This document shows, piece by piece, positions 29,096 to 39,144 of a stretch of DNA of 64,000 nucleotides. Numbering within the stretch: position 1 is the stretch's first letter; every line of letters begins with the position of its first letter. Origin of the DNA: Myxococcota bacterium (GTDB lineage Bacteria; Myxococcota_A; UBA796; UBA2385); assembly GCA_044344255.1 (NCBI GenBank), contig JBIJDH010000005.1, positions 32,001 through 96,000 on the forward strand, written 5' to 3'. Position numbers and translations under genes: made by a program. The notes under the pieces are model-generated. The model did not search any database, was not told the DNA's origin, and worked only from the letters and a program-made list of their open reading frames with translations.

Positions 29096-32000
29096 TCAGG
29101 GGCAGGTGCTGTAGGCCGTCGGGCTGGCGCTGACCGTGCTCGGCAGCAACACCCGGATGGCGCCCACGCCGCCGCTGCCGGCGGTGGTGGTGGAGCCGCC
29201 GGCCTCGGAGCCCGTGCCCCCCGCGCCGCCGCCGGCGAGCAGGCTGCCGGTGGCCGCGCTCAGGGTCGCGGCCCCCAGCCAGAGGCTCCCGCCGGCGCCG
29301 CCGCCGCCGCCCCCTGGGCTGGCTCCGCCGGTGTAGTACCCGGACTCGCCGCTCGCGCCAGAGACCGTGATGCTGCCGCTGAGCGAGAGGCTGGCCGCGG
29401 AGATGAGCACCACGCCGCCCCCGTCGCCGCCGGCCCCGCCGTAAGAGCCGCCGCCGGGGTCTGCGTCGAGGCCGCCCGCGCCGCCGCCGCCGCCCATGAA
29501 GAGGGTGGTGAGCGCGGCGGAGCCCGCGGTGCCCCCGCCCGCGCCAGCGGTGTTGCCCCAGCCCGAGATGGTGCCGCCGATGGAGCCGGCGCTCAGGTAG
29601 CCGCCGCCGCCGCCGTCGGCGTGGGTGAGGGAGGGTGAGTATCCGCCGCCGCCGCCGGTGCTGTTGGCGCCCGTGCTCCGGCTCTGGCTCCCGGTGTAGG
29701 TCTCACCCTGCTCGCCGGTCTGGGTCGCCGAGTAGGTGCGGCTCCCGCCCCGATAGCCCTGTCCCGCGCTCTGGATGGTGCCCGCCACGCTGAGGCTCTG
29801 CGCCACGAAGGTGACGAGCCCGCCGCCCACGCTGGAGGCCCCCGCCCAGTCGGGCGCGCTCAGGGTCTGTCCGCTGGGCACCGACACGGCGCTGTACTGG
29901 GGGACACGGACGACCCAATTCGTATCGCTGGCGCTGTACGTGTTCGCCAGGCTAGCCGACAGGGAGAGGCTCCCGGTGGCTACCCCGTCCACGGTGACGA
30001 CCTCCCAGGCCCCAGCGCTCGCGCCATAGGCCGCATAAACGAGCGCGAGGTCGCCGGTGGCCCAGCCGCTGCTGCTCGTGACCGACAGGCTCGTGGCGCC
30101 GGCGCTCGCGGAGGCCGACAGGGTGGTGCCCGTGTAGGACAGGGCGGCGCCGGAGGCCGTGTAGGCGCCGTCTCGCCCGTCGCCGACGGGGAGCTCGAAG
30201 CCGTCGCAGTCCTGGTCGAGGCAGTCCCAGACCTCCGCCGCGCCCGGGTGGACGTCTGCGTCACCGTCATCGCAGTCGGTGGCGGTGGTGACCGCGCTGG
30301 CGGGGGCGTCGCAGGCCAGGGTGCTGAGACTGGCGTCACCGTACCCGTCGCCGTCACCGTCCTCGTACCAAGTGGTGCCGGTGCCGAGATCGACGGAGCT
30401 GTCGGCGTCGTCGATCAGGGTGTCGCAGTCGTTGTCGATGGTGTCGCAGATCTCCGTGGCGGAGGGCGAGACGTCGGCGTCGGTGTCGTCGCAGTCGGAG
30501 TCGTCGTAGAGGGAGCCGGCGGGCAGGTCGCAGCTCAGGAGGGCGTCGCCGGGGTCCCCAAAGCCATCGCCGTCGGTGTCGGCGTAGCTCATGAGCGCGG
30601 TGGTGAGGTCGAGGGAGGGGTCGGCGTCGTCGATGAGCTCGTCGCAGTCGTCGTCGACGCCGTCGCAGATCTCTGTCCCGGCGGGGGAGATGTCGGGGTC
30701 GGCGTCGTCGCAGTCGGTCTGGTCGGTCGTGGTGCCGGCGGGGGCGCTGCAGGCCCAGGTGGTGTCGTCGGGGTCGCCATACCCGTCGGCGTCGTCGTCG
30801 TCGGCGTAGAGGGCGCCGGTGCTCGTGTCGACCGAGGGATCGGCGTCGTCGACGAGCCCGTCGCAGTCGTTGTCCACCCCGTCACAGACCTCGGGGTCAA
30901 GGGGAGAGACGAGGGCGCTCGTGTCGTCACAGTCGGTCCGGTCGGAGACGTAGCCGGTGGGCTGCGCGCAGGCCCAGCGGACGACGCCAGGGTCGCCGTA
31001 TCCGTCACCGTCGGCGTCGCGGTGCCAGGCGGCGCCGGTGCTCGTGTCGACGTCGGGGTCGTCGTCGTCGATGAGGCCGTCACAGTCGTCGTCCTCACCA
31101 TCGCAGAGCTCGGGCGCGCCCGGGCTGGTCGTGGCGTCGAGGTCGTCGCAGTCGGTGTTGTCGGCCACCTCCGCGGCCCCGGGCTCGCAGGAGACGACGG
31201 GGCTGTCGATGTCACCGTATCCGTCGCCGTCGGTGTCCGCGTACCAGGTGGTGGCCGAGGAGAGGTCGAGGTCGGGATCGGCGTCGTCGGTCAGGGTGTC
31301 GCAGTCGTTGTCCTGCTCGTCACAGACCTCGGTGGCGTCGGGCCGGATGAGTGCGTCCTTGTCATCACACTCCTCACAGGCGGCCCAGCCATCGCCGTCG
31401 ACGTCTGCGTAGCCCACAGAGCCGTCACAGTTGTAGTCATTCGGGTCGGAGCAGTCCGTCTCCGGAGCGCCAGGGTGATAGGCGGCGTCCTCGTCGTCGC
31501 AGTCGCCGGGCTCGGCGGTGTAGCCCTCGGGCTCGGCGCAGGCCTCGGTGGTGGCGCTGGAGAGGCCATAGTCGTCCCCGTCGCGGTCCTCGTACCAGAC
31601 GAGCCCCACGTCCTCGTCGACGAGGTCGTCGCAGTCGTTGTCGATCTCGTCGCAGACCTCGAGGAGCCCCGGGGCGGCCAGGGCGGTGCTGTCGTCGCAG
31701 TCGAGGCCGTTGGTGACGGTGCCCGGCGGGAGGTCACAGGCGAGGGTGGCGGTGGCCGGGTCCCCGTATCCGTCGGCGTCGGCGTCGGCGTAGACGAGGT
31801 CGCCGATGCCCTCGTCGATCTCTTCGTCGCAGTCGTTGTCTTTGTCGTCACAGAGCTCGAAGCCGCCGGGATAGACCTGCTCGTCCTGGTCGTCGCAGTC
31901 GGCGTCGTTGGTGACGAGCCCCTCGTCCCCCGAGCAGGCCTCGAGGGAGGCCTCGGCGTCGCCGAAGCCGTCGTCGTCGGTGTCGGCGTACCAGGTGGTG

Positions 32001-32317
32001 GTGACGTCTTCGTCGACCGCGTTGTCGCAGTCATTGTCTACGCCGTCGCAGATCTCCACCCCGCCGGGGTTGGTCGAGGCGTCGGCGTCGTTGCAGTCCT
32101 CCCCGGCGGGGAAGCCATCGCCGTCCAGGTCCGCGAGCGAGGTGTCTGTCCCACCCTCCCCCTCGGCGCCCTTGTCACCGCCTGCGCAGGACAGCAGGAG
32201 GACCGACAGGCCGAGGCCGAGGCCGAGGCTGCGGGAGAGGCGGAGGAGCGCGGGGCGGAGGAGCGCGGGGCGGAGGAGCGCGGGGCGGAGGAGCGCGGGG
32301 CGGGAGGTGGAGTTCAT
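29096..32317 (-). CDS. Large lipoprotein with many MopE-like repeats and a Gly-rich C-terminal domain
   Basis: Lipobox LLSC; more than 8 WY.D.DGDGYGD / DCDD..PG..E.CD.DNDCD units; C-terminal GGGGG-rich region. Confidence 0.88.
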   Translation of the reverse strand: MNSTSRPALLRPALLRPALLRPALLRLSRSLGLGLGLSVLLLSCAGGDKGAEGEGGTDTSLADLDGDGFPAGEDCNDADASTNPGGVEICDGVDNDCDNAVDEDVTTTWYADTDDDGFGDAEASLEACSGDEGLVTNDADCDDQDEQVYPGGFELCDDKDNDCDEEIDEGIGDLVYADADADGYGDPATATLACDLPPGTVTNGLDCDDSTALAAPGLLEVCDEIDNDCDDLVDEDVGLVWYEDRDGDDYGLSSATTEACAEPEGYTAEPGDCDDEDAAYHPGAPETDCSDPNDYNCDGSVGYADVDGDGWAACEECDDKDALIRPDATEVCDEQDNDCDTLTDDADPDLDLSSATTWYADTDGDGYGDIDSPVVSCEPGAAEVADNTDCDDLDATTSPGAPELCDGEDDDCDGLIDDDDPDVDTSTGAAWHRDADGDGYGDPGVVRWACAQPTGYVSDRTDCDDTSALVSPLDPEVCDGVDNDCDGLVDDADPSVDTSTGALYADDDDADGYGDPDDTTWACSAPAGTTTDQTDCDDADPDISPAGTEICDGVDDDCDELIDDADPSLDLTTALMSYADTDGDGFGDPGDALLSCDLPAGSLYDDSDCDDTDADVSPSATEICDTIDNDCDTLIDDADSSVDLGTGTTWYEDGDGDGYGDASLSTLACDAPASAVTTATDCDDGDADVHPGAAEVWDCLDQDCDGFELPVGDGRDGAYTASGAALSYTGTTLSASASAGATSLSVTSSSGWATGDLALVYAAYGASAGAWEVVTVDGVATGSLSLSASLANTYSASDTNWVVRVPQYSAVSVPSGQTLSAPDWAGASSVGGGLVTFVAQSLSVAGTIQSAGQGYRGGSRTYSATQTGEQGETYTGSQSRSTGANSTGGGGGYSPSLTHADGGGGGYLSAGSIGGTISGWGNTAGAGGGTAGSAALTTLFMGGGGGAGGLDADPGGGSYGGAGGDGGGVVLISAASLSLSGSITVSGASGESGYYTGGASPGGGGGGAGGSLWLGAATLSAATGSLLAGGGAGGTGSEAGGSTTTAGSGGVGAIRVLLPSTVSASPTAYSTCP
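32240..32303. repeat. 15-bp tandem repeat x4 encoding RPALL in the signal-peptide region
   Basis: GCGGAGGAGCGCGGG x4. Confidence 0.95.
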
Positions 32318-32344
32318 CCGCCCATCTTGCCACGATCGGGGGGC

Positions 32345-34531
32345 CTATTGCGGGAAGAGGCGGGCCACCGTGGCCGCCCAGACCGGACCTTCGAGCGCCG
32401 CCCAGGCGCGGGCCGCCTCGCCGACGAGGCCGCGGGCGTCTTTGCCGTAGGGGGCGATGGCGTTGTCGATCCAGCGGCCGAGCTCGGCGTCGGGGAGGCC
32501 GGCCTGGAGGCCCTCGGCGACGCCGGGGATCACGACATCGGCGAAGTGGACCTTGTGCTCGACGGCCACGAGGTCGGAGACCCGGAGCGCCCAGGGGGGC
32601 AGCGTGACGCCGACGAGGGCGAGCATCTGGAGGGTGAAGTCCTCGGCGAGGTCACGCACCTCGCGGTCCATCCGCCGCTGCTCGGCGGAGAGGGAGGCGC
32701 CCTCGGCCAGGGGCGGGCTCGCGACCTCGACGTAGATCTTGTTCTTGGGCTCGGTGCCGCTCGGGCGGAGGATCACCCGGGCGTTGGTCCCGAGCTGCCA
32801 CACGAGCACGTCGCGGCTGCCGCGGTCGGTCTCCGACAGGATGGGGCCGAAGGGGCCCGCCGGATCCTGTCGGTCAAAGAAGGCGGTGACCTTTCGGTTG
32901 CCAATCGTGTGGAAGGGCCGCGCGCGGAGGGCCGACTGGATGTCCTGAATGGCCGCGCGGCCCTCGGCCCCGCGCATCACGGTGCTGACGAGCTCGTTTC
33001 GGACGTAGCCGACGCTGCGCCAGAGGTCCTCGAGGGTGTGGACGAGCGTGCGGCCGCGCTGCTTCTCGAGGCTGGCGAGCTCGGCGAGGAGCAGGGCGCC
33101 CCCGGCGGCGTCCTTGTCGCGGACCTCGGCCGTCACCAGCACCCCGTGCGACTCCTCGGCCCCCAGGACGAAGTCGGCCACGGTGCCCTGGACCTCGCCG
33201 AAGCGGCCGAGGCGGTCGAGCTGATCGATGGCGTCGCCGATATACTTGAAGCCGACCAGCAGGTCGCCCACCACCCGTGCGCCCTGTCGGCGGGCGACGC
33301 GGGCGACGAGGTCACTCGTGACCTCTGTCTTGAACACGATGGCCCGGCCGTCACCCTTGCGGTGGGAGAGGGCGTAGAACGCGATGAGGGCGGCGATCTC
33401 GTTGCCGCTGATGAAGCGCCAGGGGGCCGGATCGGAGGAGCCGGGGTCTGGGAGCTGCTCGCGGACCATCAGGCCGAGGCGGTCGGCGTCGGGGTCACAG
33501 GCGAGGACGATGTCGGCGCCGATGTGCTCGGCCTGCGCCACCGCGGCGGCCATGCTGCGCGGCACCTCGGGGTTCGGCACCCGAAAGGGGACGTTCGTGA
33601 AGGCGCCGTCGTACTCCGCCTGGGTGGGCTCGAGGGTGATGTCAAAGCCGGCCCGCTGGAGGAGGGCATAGACCGTGCGGCGGCCGGTGCCGTGCAGCGC
33701 CGTGAACACCACCCGGGCGTCGCGCGCCGAGGAGCGGCCGAGGGCGAGGTTCGCCTGGATGTAGGCCTCGTGCACCTCGGGGCCGATCTCACGCACCATC
33801 CCCGCGGCGCGGGCGCGGTCGAGCGGCATCCGGTCGACCCAGGTGACCGCCTCCACCTCGCGCGCCATCTGTTCGTCGCGGGGGGGCACCTCTTGCCCTC
33901 CCTTCACGTTGTAGAACTTGCCGCCGTTGTCGTCGGGCGGGTTGTGCGAGGCGCTGAGGTTGAGCCCGCCGTCGGCCCCGAGGAGGCGGATGGCGAAGGA
34001 GAGTTCGGGCGTGCTCATCGGCTGGTTGTCGGCCGGCAGATAGACGCTGATGTCGGCCGCCGCGTAGACCTCGGCCGCGATCTCGGCGAAGTCTCTCGAC
34101 GAGAGGCCCATCACGGGGGAGGCGACCCCGGGGATGAGCTGCCCGCGCAGGTCTTCGAAGCGACGCACGTCATTGGCGAGCACCACGGTGAGCGGCCCCG
34201 GCCCGCGGGTGTGGCGGAGGAAGGCCGCGTGGCCCTGAACGGAGGCGCCGAGCGTCCAGGGGTTGAAGCGGTTCGGCCCCACCCCGACCGTGCCGCGCCG
34301 GCCTGCGGTGCCGAAGGGCAGCACCTGATAGAAGCTGTCGACCAGCGTGGCCCAGCGCTCGGCCTGGATGAGGGCCTGGATCTGGGCGCGGTAGCTCGCG
34401 AAGGCGGGCTCGCTCAGCCAGCGCTCGAGGTTCTCCAGCGCGGCGTCCTGCACGGCGGGGGCGACGGTCAAGCGGGCGAAGCCGGCGCGGGCGGCAGCGC
34501 AGAGGACGTCGGTCGGGACGGGCTGGGACAT
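32345..34531 (-). CDS. Phosphoglucomutase/phosphomannomutase family enzyme
   Basis: FGTAGRRG, SASHNP, DPDADR, GAEESHG, RPSGTEPK. Confidence 0.92.
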   Translation of the reverse strand: MSQPVPTDVLCAAARAGFARLTVAPAVQDAALENLERWLSEPAFASYRAQIQALIQAERWATLVDSFYQVLPFGTAGRRGTVGVGPNRFNPWTLGASVQGHAAFLRHTRGPGPLTVVLANDVRRFEDLRGQLIPGVASPVMGLSSRDFAEIAAEVYAAADISVYLPADNQPMSTPELSFAIRLLGADGGLNLSASHNPPDDNGGKFYNVKGGQEVPPRDEQMAREVEAVTWVDRMPLDRARAAGMVREIGPEVHEAYIQANLALGRSSARDARVVFTALHGTGRRTVYALLQRAGFDITLEPTQAEYDGAFTNVPFRVPNPEVPRSMAAAVAQAEHIGADIVLACDPDADRLGLMVREQLPDPGSSDPAPWRFISGNEIAALIAFYALSHRKGDGRAIVFKTEVTSDLVARVARRQGARVVGDLLVGFKYIGDAIDQLDRLGRFGEVQGTVADFVLGAEESHGVLVTAEVRDKDAAGGALLLAELASLEKQRGRTLVHTLEDLWRSVGYVRNELVSTVMRGAEGRAAIQDIQSALRARPFHTIGNRKVTAFFDRQDPAGPFGPILSETDRGSRDVLVWQLGTNARVILRPSGTEPKNKIYVEVASPPLAEGASLSAEQRRMDREVRDLAEDFTLQMLALVGVTLPPWALRVSDLVAVEHKVHFADVVIPGVAEGLQAGLPDAELGRWIDNAIAPYGKDARGLVGEAARAWAALEGPVWAATVARLFPQ

Positions 34532-34572
34532 CGGGGGCCTCACGGGTGCCGGAGGCTATCACCCTGCGGGCC

Positions 34573-35517
34573 TCACCAGACGAGCAGCTCCGGCACCGCC
34601 CCGCGCCCGCCCGCGGCGGAGTTGATGGCGCGCGGCATCAGCACCACCCGGTGCTTGAACTCCGGGCCGTAGAGGGCGCGGGTGGTGCCGGTGTCGCTGT
34701 TGCTCACCACCACCGTGACACCGCGGGCCTTGAGCGTGAGGGCGACGTCGCGCACGCGGGCCTGATCGGCGGGGCCGAAGCCCTCGCGGGTGTAGGCGGT
34801 GAAGGAGGCCGTCTCGGAGACGGGGACGTAGGGGGGATCGAGGTAGACGAAGTCGCCGGCCTCCGCGCGGTCGAGCACGCGCTCGAAGGGGCTGTGCTCG
34901 ATGTCGACGCCCATCAGCACGCGGGCGCAGGCGCGCAGGTTCTCCTCGTCGCAGATGTTCGGGTTCTCGTACTTGCCCCAGGGCGTGTTGAAGCGCCCCT
35001 TGGAGTTTACGCGATAGAGCCCATTGTATGCGGTCTTGTTGAGGTAGATCATCCAGGCGGCGACGTCGGCGTCGTCTTCGACCTCATCGACCGACCAGCC
35101 GCGCATGTCGTTGAAGTGCTCGACCGAGTGGGCGAGGCTGTGCTCGCGGAGGCGGTCGATCACGGCCTGCACATCATCGCGGATGGCCCGCCAGGTGCGG
35201 ATCAGGCGCGGATTCATGTCGGTCAGCGTGGCCCAGGGCAGCGTGGCGCCGGCCTCGGGGGGCATCCCGGCGGCGATGCCGAAGAAGAGCGCCCCGCCGC
35301 CGAGGAAGGGCTCGTGGTAGGCCCGAAAGCCGCCCGGCACGTGGCGGAGGATCTCCTCGACGAGGCGCCGCTTCCCGCCGACCCACTTGAGGAAGGGCCG
35401 CGCAGGCGTCGAGGGCGGCGCGAGCCGGCCCACGGGCGCCGGCAGCGAGACCCCCTGCCGCTCGGGCGCGGGAGTGGACAGGACGGGCGCGGCGGCGAGG
35501 GCGGAGTTGGTTGACAT
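34573..35517 (-). CDS. Dam-family DNA adenine methyltransferase (orphan)
   Basis: PFLKWVGGKRR, EPFLGGGA, NGLYRVNSKGRFNTPWG, YLDPPY, SNS. Confidence 0.92.
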   Translation of the reverse strand: MSTNSALAAAPVLSTPAPERQGVSLPAPVGRLAPPSTPARPFLKWVGGKRRLVEEILRHVPGGFRAYHEPFLGGGALFFGIAAGMPPEAGATLPWATLTDMNPRLIRTWRAIRDDVQAVIDRLREHSLAHSVEHFNDMRGWSVDEVEDDADVAAWMIYLNKTAYNGLYRVNSKGRFNTPWGKYENPNICDEENLRACARVLMGVDIEHSPFERVLDRAEAGDFVYLDPPYVPVSETASFTAYTREGFGPADQARVRDVALTLKARGVTVVVSNSDTGTTRALYGPEFKHRVVLMPRAINSAAGGRGAVPELLVW

Positions 35518-35666
35518 GGTTCCGAGATATACTCTTGCCATGTCAAGGGCACAAGGCCCGAGGCGCCACTTCTTCGCGCTCCGTCGAGGTGGATCCAGGC
35601 TCGGATCGGGCGACCCCCGCGTGGCCTCCCCTCGGAGGGGCCGGCCGCCTGCGCTATGCTGCCGCG

Positions 35667-36935
35667 ATGTCGCACCCGCCCTTCGCCTGCCTCTCCGCGC
35701 GCCTCGGTCTCTTTGTCTTGCTGGCGCTGCCCCTGTCGCTGTCTTCGCCGGCCCACGCGGCCAAGAAGGCCCCGCCGCCCCCGCCGGCCGGTCCGCTGGT
35801 CGAGCTCGGAGAGAGCTTCCCGGTCGAGACCAGCCTCGACGACCCCGCGGTGCGGGACGCGCAGGTGATCTGGCTGGAGATGATCGGCCGCGCCAAGGTG
35901 AGCGTGGACGTGGCCGAGTTCTACATCACCGCCACCCCGGGCTCACGGATGGAGCCCGTGGTGCAGGCCCTCCAGGCGGCTGGCAAGCGCGGCGTGAAGG
36001 TGAGGGTGCTCGCCGACGCGAAATTCGCCAAGACCTACCCCGAACAGCTCGACCTGCTCGGCAAGAGCACCGGCGTTGAGCTCCGCCGATACGACATGAA
36101 CCCGCTCACGGGTGGCGTGCTGCACGCCAAGTACTTCGTGGTCGACGGGGTGGAGGGCTGGGTGGGCAGCCAGAACATGGACTGGCGCTCGCTCACCCAC
36201 ATCGGCGAGCTGGGGCTGCGCTTCACGGAGCCTGGCGCCGTCTCGGCCCTGTCCCGTGTCTTCGAGCTCGACTGGCGCGTCGCCGGCGGGGAGGCGCCCC
36301 CCGCCCTCACCCCGGTCGACGACGGCGCCGCGGCGGACCCGCTCCCCATGGCGGCCGCCACCTTCAACGGCCAGCCCGTCACCGTCGCCCTCGCCGCCAG
36401 CCCCGGGGAGCTCTTGCCGGCCAGCGTGCCCTGGGATCTCCCGCCCCTGCTCGCGATCATCGACGGCGCCAAGACGAGCGTGAAGCTCGAATTCCTCACC
36501 TACTCCACGAGCGGCTACGACAAGGTCTATTGGGACGCGCTCGACCGCTCGCTCCGCCGGGCCGCCAACCGAGGCGTAAAGGTGGAGCTGCTCGTCGCCG
36601 ACTGGTCGAAGAAGTACCCCGAGGCCCTCCAGAGCCTCGAAGTGATGAAGAACATCGACGTGAAGTTCATGGTCATCCCGGTCTGGTCGGGGGGCTTCGT
36701 CGACTTCTCCCGGGTGATGCACAGCAAGTACCTCGTCGCCGACGGGGCCCGCGCCTGGTTGGGCACGAGCAACGCCAGCCGGGACTACTTCCACGGCAGC
36801 CGGAACGTGAGCCTCTTCGTCGACGGCGCGCCCTTCGCCCAGGCCCTCGAGCAGCACTTCGCCCTGTCTTGGGGCAGCCCCTACGCCGAGGCGGTCAACC
36901 CCGCCGCGGCCTATACGGCGCCGAAGACCAAATAG
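35667..36935 (+). CDS. Exported phospholipase D superfamily protein (two HKD motifs; PLD3/K4-like)
   Basis: Signal peptide; LHAKYFVVD..GSQNMDWRSL and MHSKYLVAD..GTSNAS. Confidence 0.88.
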   Translation: MSHPPFACLSARLGLFVLLALPLSLSSPAHAAKKAPPPPPAGPLVELGESFPVETSLDDPAVRDAQVIWLEMIGRAKVSVDVAEFYITATPGSRMEPVVQALQAAGKRGVKVRVLADAKFAKTYPEQLDLLGKSTGVELRRYDMNPLTGGVLHAKYFVVDGVEGWVGSQNMDWRSLTHIGELGLRFTEPGAVSALSRVFELDWRVAGGEAPPALTPVDDGAAADPLPMAAATFNGQPVTVALAASPGELLPASVPWDLPPLLAIIDGAKTSVKLEFLTYSTSGYDKVYWDALDRSLRRAANRGVKVELLVADWSKKYPEALQSLEVMKNIDVKFMVIPVWSGGFVDFSRVMHSKYLVADGARAWLGTSNASRDYFHGSRNVSLFVDGAPFAQALEQHFALSWGSPYAEAVNPAAAYTAPKTK

Positions 36936-36950
36936 CCGAAGACCAAATAG
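36921..36950 (+). repeat. Perfect 15-bp duplication including the PLD stop codon
   Basis: CCGAAGACCAAATAG x2. Confidence 0.9.
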
Positions 36951-36968
36951 GGCGGCAGGGCCGAAGGG

Positions 36969-37451
36969 CTATCCCTGGTCGAGGTCCAGCCGGATGGTGC
37001 CGAGCACCCCGACGCCCCAGTCGACGCCGATGGCCTCGAGCTGGAACGTCCCGTCGTCCTGCTCCTCGACGGTGAAGTTGAGCGCCGTCTCTCCGCCGCC
37101 GTACGCGAGCCCCACCACCTGGGTGCCCTCGTCGAGGTCGACGGGGCCGCCGCCGTATTGGAGGGGGGCGTCGGTGAGCGTGATGAAGGCGCGCTCGTTG
37201 ACGCTCCAGATGCGGCTGATCACATAGACCGAGCCGCCCGGCCCGGTGGTGCCCTCTTCCCGAAACTCGATGAAGCCGGAGTCCTCGACCTCGACCGCCT
37301 CCTCGCCGTCCATCTCGACCGACTGGCGGACGATCGAGAAGTATCCGCCGAGCTCCGAGCGGCTGATGCAGCCGGGGAGGAGGGGGAGGGGGAGGGCCAG
37401 GAGCAGGCCGAGGGGGAGCGCGCTCCGATGCGGATCGTGGGCGAGGCGCAT
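36969..37451 (-). CDS. Hypothetical lipoprotein
   Basis: Lipobox LPGC; beta-strand-like mature part; TGATG coupling to the upstream gene. Confidence 0.65.
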   Translation of the reverse strand: MRLAHDPHRSALPLGLLLALPLPLLPGCISRSELGGYFSIVRQSVEMDGEEAVEVEDSGFIEFREEGTTGPGGSVYVISRIWSVNERAFITLTDAPLQYGGGPVDLDEGTQVVGLAYGGGETALNFTVEEQDDGTFQLEAIGVDWGVGVLGTIRLDLDQG

Positions 37452-38761
37452 CAGAAGCCTCCCTTGATGAGGGCCTGCCAGGACACGGCGTTTCGGGCGA
37501 AAGGATAGAGCTGGAGCTGGTCCGGGTCATTGTAGAGCAGCGCGACCCGGGCCTCGAAGGGGGCGCTCCGCCCCTCACCCTGGGCAGCCAGCTCGAGGCG
37601 CCCCGAGGGGAGGCGGCCGGGGCCGTTCCCCTGCGACCAGGAGGCCGGCGGGCTCACGAAGCCCCCCTGGACCAGCGCGCCCACTCGGTCTTCGACCTCG
37701 CCGGTGCGGGGGCTGTGGAAGTCAGGGGTGTGCAGGCCGAGCGTGAGGTCCGACACCGCGGCCTGGGGTTCGAAGCGGTAGCGGGCCATGAGGTCGGCTA
37801 CCCGAAACAGGCTCCGCTGCTGGAGCTGCCCGGCGCGCAGGCGGGCCAGGGACTCGGCGAGGCTGGGGTCCTCTTCGGCCTCGGCGGGGGTGGCGGAGAG
37901 GCCGGCGCCGGTGAAGGGGAGGTCTTGATAGGCCACGCTGGAGAGGCCGATGAGGTCTGCGGCCTGGTCGCCGAGGAAGCCGAGCTGCGCCCGATCGACG
38001 CCCACCTGGAGGAGGTTTCCGGTGTAGGTGGTGCGCGCGCCGAAGGCATAGAAGCCGAAGCGGTCTTCGGCGACGCTCGCGTAACCGCCGCGAGAGCCCA
38101 TATAGGCGGCCGCCGCGTGGGCGCCGCGGCCGTTCCAGGTGGCCCCCGCCAGCCAGTCGAGGCCGAGGCCGGCGGAGGCGCCGTTGAATTGCGTGGGCCC
38201 TGGCACGACGAGGTCAAGGGGGGCCGCGGCGGCGGAGAAGGCGAGCATGTAGGTGAGGCCCACGAAGCCGGTGAGGAAGTGCCGCGTGAACTGGTCTCCG
38301 CCCACCACGCCGCCGTACGTGGCGCTGCCGGCGTAGATGAAGCCAAAGTTACCCTTGCGCCAGGTGAAGCCGAAGTTGGCTGCTTGGAGGTCGAGCGGGC
38401 GCATCGCGACGCGGTTCTCTGCGAAGCAGTCGTCGGGCCGGTCGAGCGAGGCCGGCTGCCAGACGGGAACCCGCGCCGCCGCGTAGGTGACGTTGATGTC
38501 ATAGACGACGAAGCCGCCGTCCTCGGGCGGGCGCATCAGGTGCCGGGCCGCGAAGGCCGCCGCCGAGTAGGTGTTGGCGTTGGTCTGGATGGCCTCGGCG
38601 GCGTTCCGGAGGCCCGAGGTGCCCATGATGGCGGAGGGGAGGCCGCAGTCGGTGCCCTCGGGGCTGAAGGTGGAGGTCTGCTGGGCCCAGGCAGCGCCGG
38701 AGGACAGGGTGAGCCAGATAGAGAGGGAGAAGGAGGAGAGGGAGAAGCGGGCGAGGGACAT
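37451..38761 (-). CDS. Hypothetical exported protein, possibly outer-membrane
   Basis: Signal peptide AWA|QQ, alternating beta-strand pattern, terminal Phe (QALIKGGF). Confidence 0.65.
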   Translation of the reverse strand: MSLARFSLSSFSLSIWLTLSSGAAWAQQTSTFSPEGTDCGLPSAIMGTSGLRNAAEAIQTNANTYSAAAFAARHLMRPPEDGGFVVYDINVTYAAARVPVWQPASLDRPDDCFAENRVAMRPLDLQAANFGFTWRKGNFGFIYAGSATYGGVVGGDQFTRHFLTGFVGLTYMLAFSAAAAPLDLVVPGPTQFNGASAGLGLDWLAGATWNGRGAHAAAAYMGSRGGYASVAEDRFGFYAFGARTTYTGNLLQVGVDRAQLGFLGDQAADLIGLSSVAYQDLPFTGAGLSATPAEAEEDPSLAESLARLRAGQLQQRSLFRVADLMARYRFEPQAAVSDLTLGLHTPDFHSPRTGEVEDRVGALVQGGFVSPPASWSQGNGPGRLPSGRLELAAQGEGRSAPFEARVALLYNDPDQLQLYPFARNAVSWQALIKGGF

Positions 38762-38763
38762 GT

Positions 38764-39144
38764 TCAACCTCCCGCCTTCGGCTCGACCACGAGGGCGCAG
38801 CCCGGAGAGACCGACACATAGGCCGAGATGTCGTCTCCGTAGGACTCGACGAGGTCGCAGGGCAGCTCCTGGATGCGGAAGGCGCAGTCGAAGAGGTCTT
38901 CGGGGGCCACGGCACCCCCCTCGTCCACCTCGTGCTCGATGCAGGCGTACTGATCGACGAAGGCGTCGTGGCGGTCGTTGGCGAGGTCGGTGTCGCCGGT
39001 GCAGACCTCGGTGACCGCGGCGATGGCGTAGCCCACCTCCTGACAGTACTGGTCGGGGGGCATCGGCTTGAAGGCGACGCAGCCCGCCAGCAGCGGGACG
39101 GTCAGGGCGAAGACCGAGGGGGCGGGTGACCGAGCGGTCGTCAT
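38764..39144 (-). CDS. Small Cys-rich lipoprotein
   Basis: Lipobox LAGC; six further Cys; coupled to its neighbours. Confidence 0.65.
   Translation of the reverse strand: MTTARSPAPSVFALTVPLLAGCVAFKPMPPDQYCQEVGYAIAAVTEVCTGDTDLANDRHDAFVDQYACIEHEVDEGGAVAPEDLFDCAFRIQELPCDLVESYGDDISAYVSVSPGCALVVEPKAGG

Noticed and set aside
30248..34672. 1474-aa plus-strand ORF, and similar long antisense ORFs (1160-2845, 4252-6096, 6605-9064, 41348-42955, 56770-60720)
   Set aside because: Antisense shadows of motif-bearing genes; stop-poor frames are expected at this GC content and show no recognisable domains.
34573..36935. Dam methylase + PLD-family protein as a restriction-modification pair
   Set aside because: The PLD has a signal peptide and two HKD motifs, is divergently transcribed, and lacks a helicase or DNA-recognition domain.
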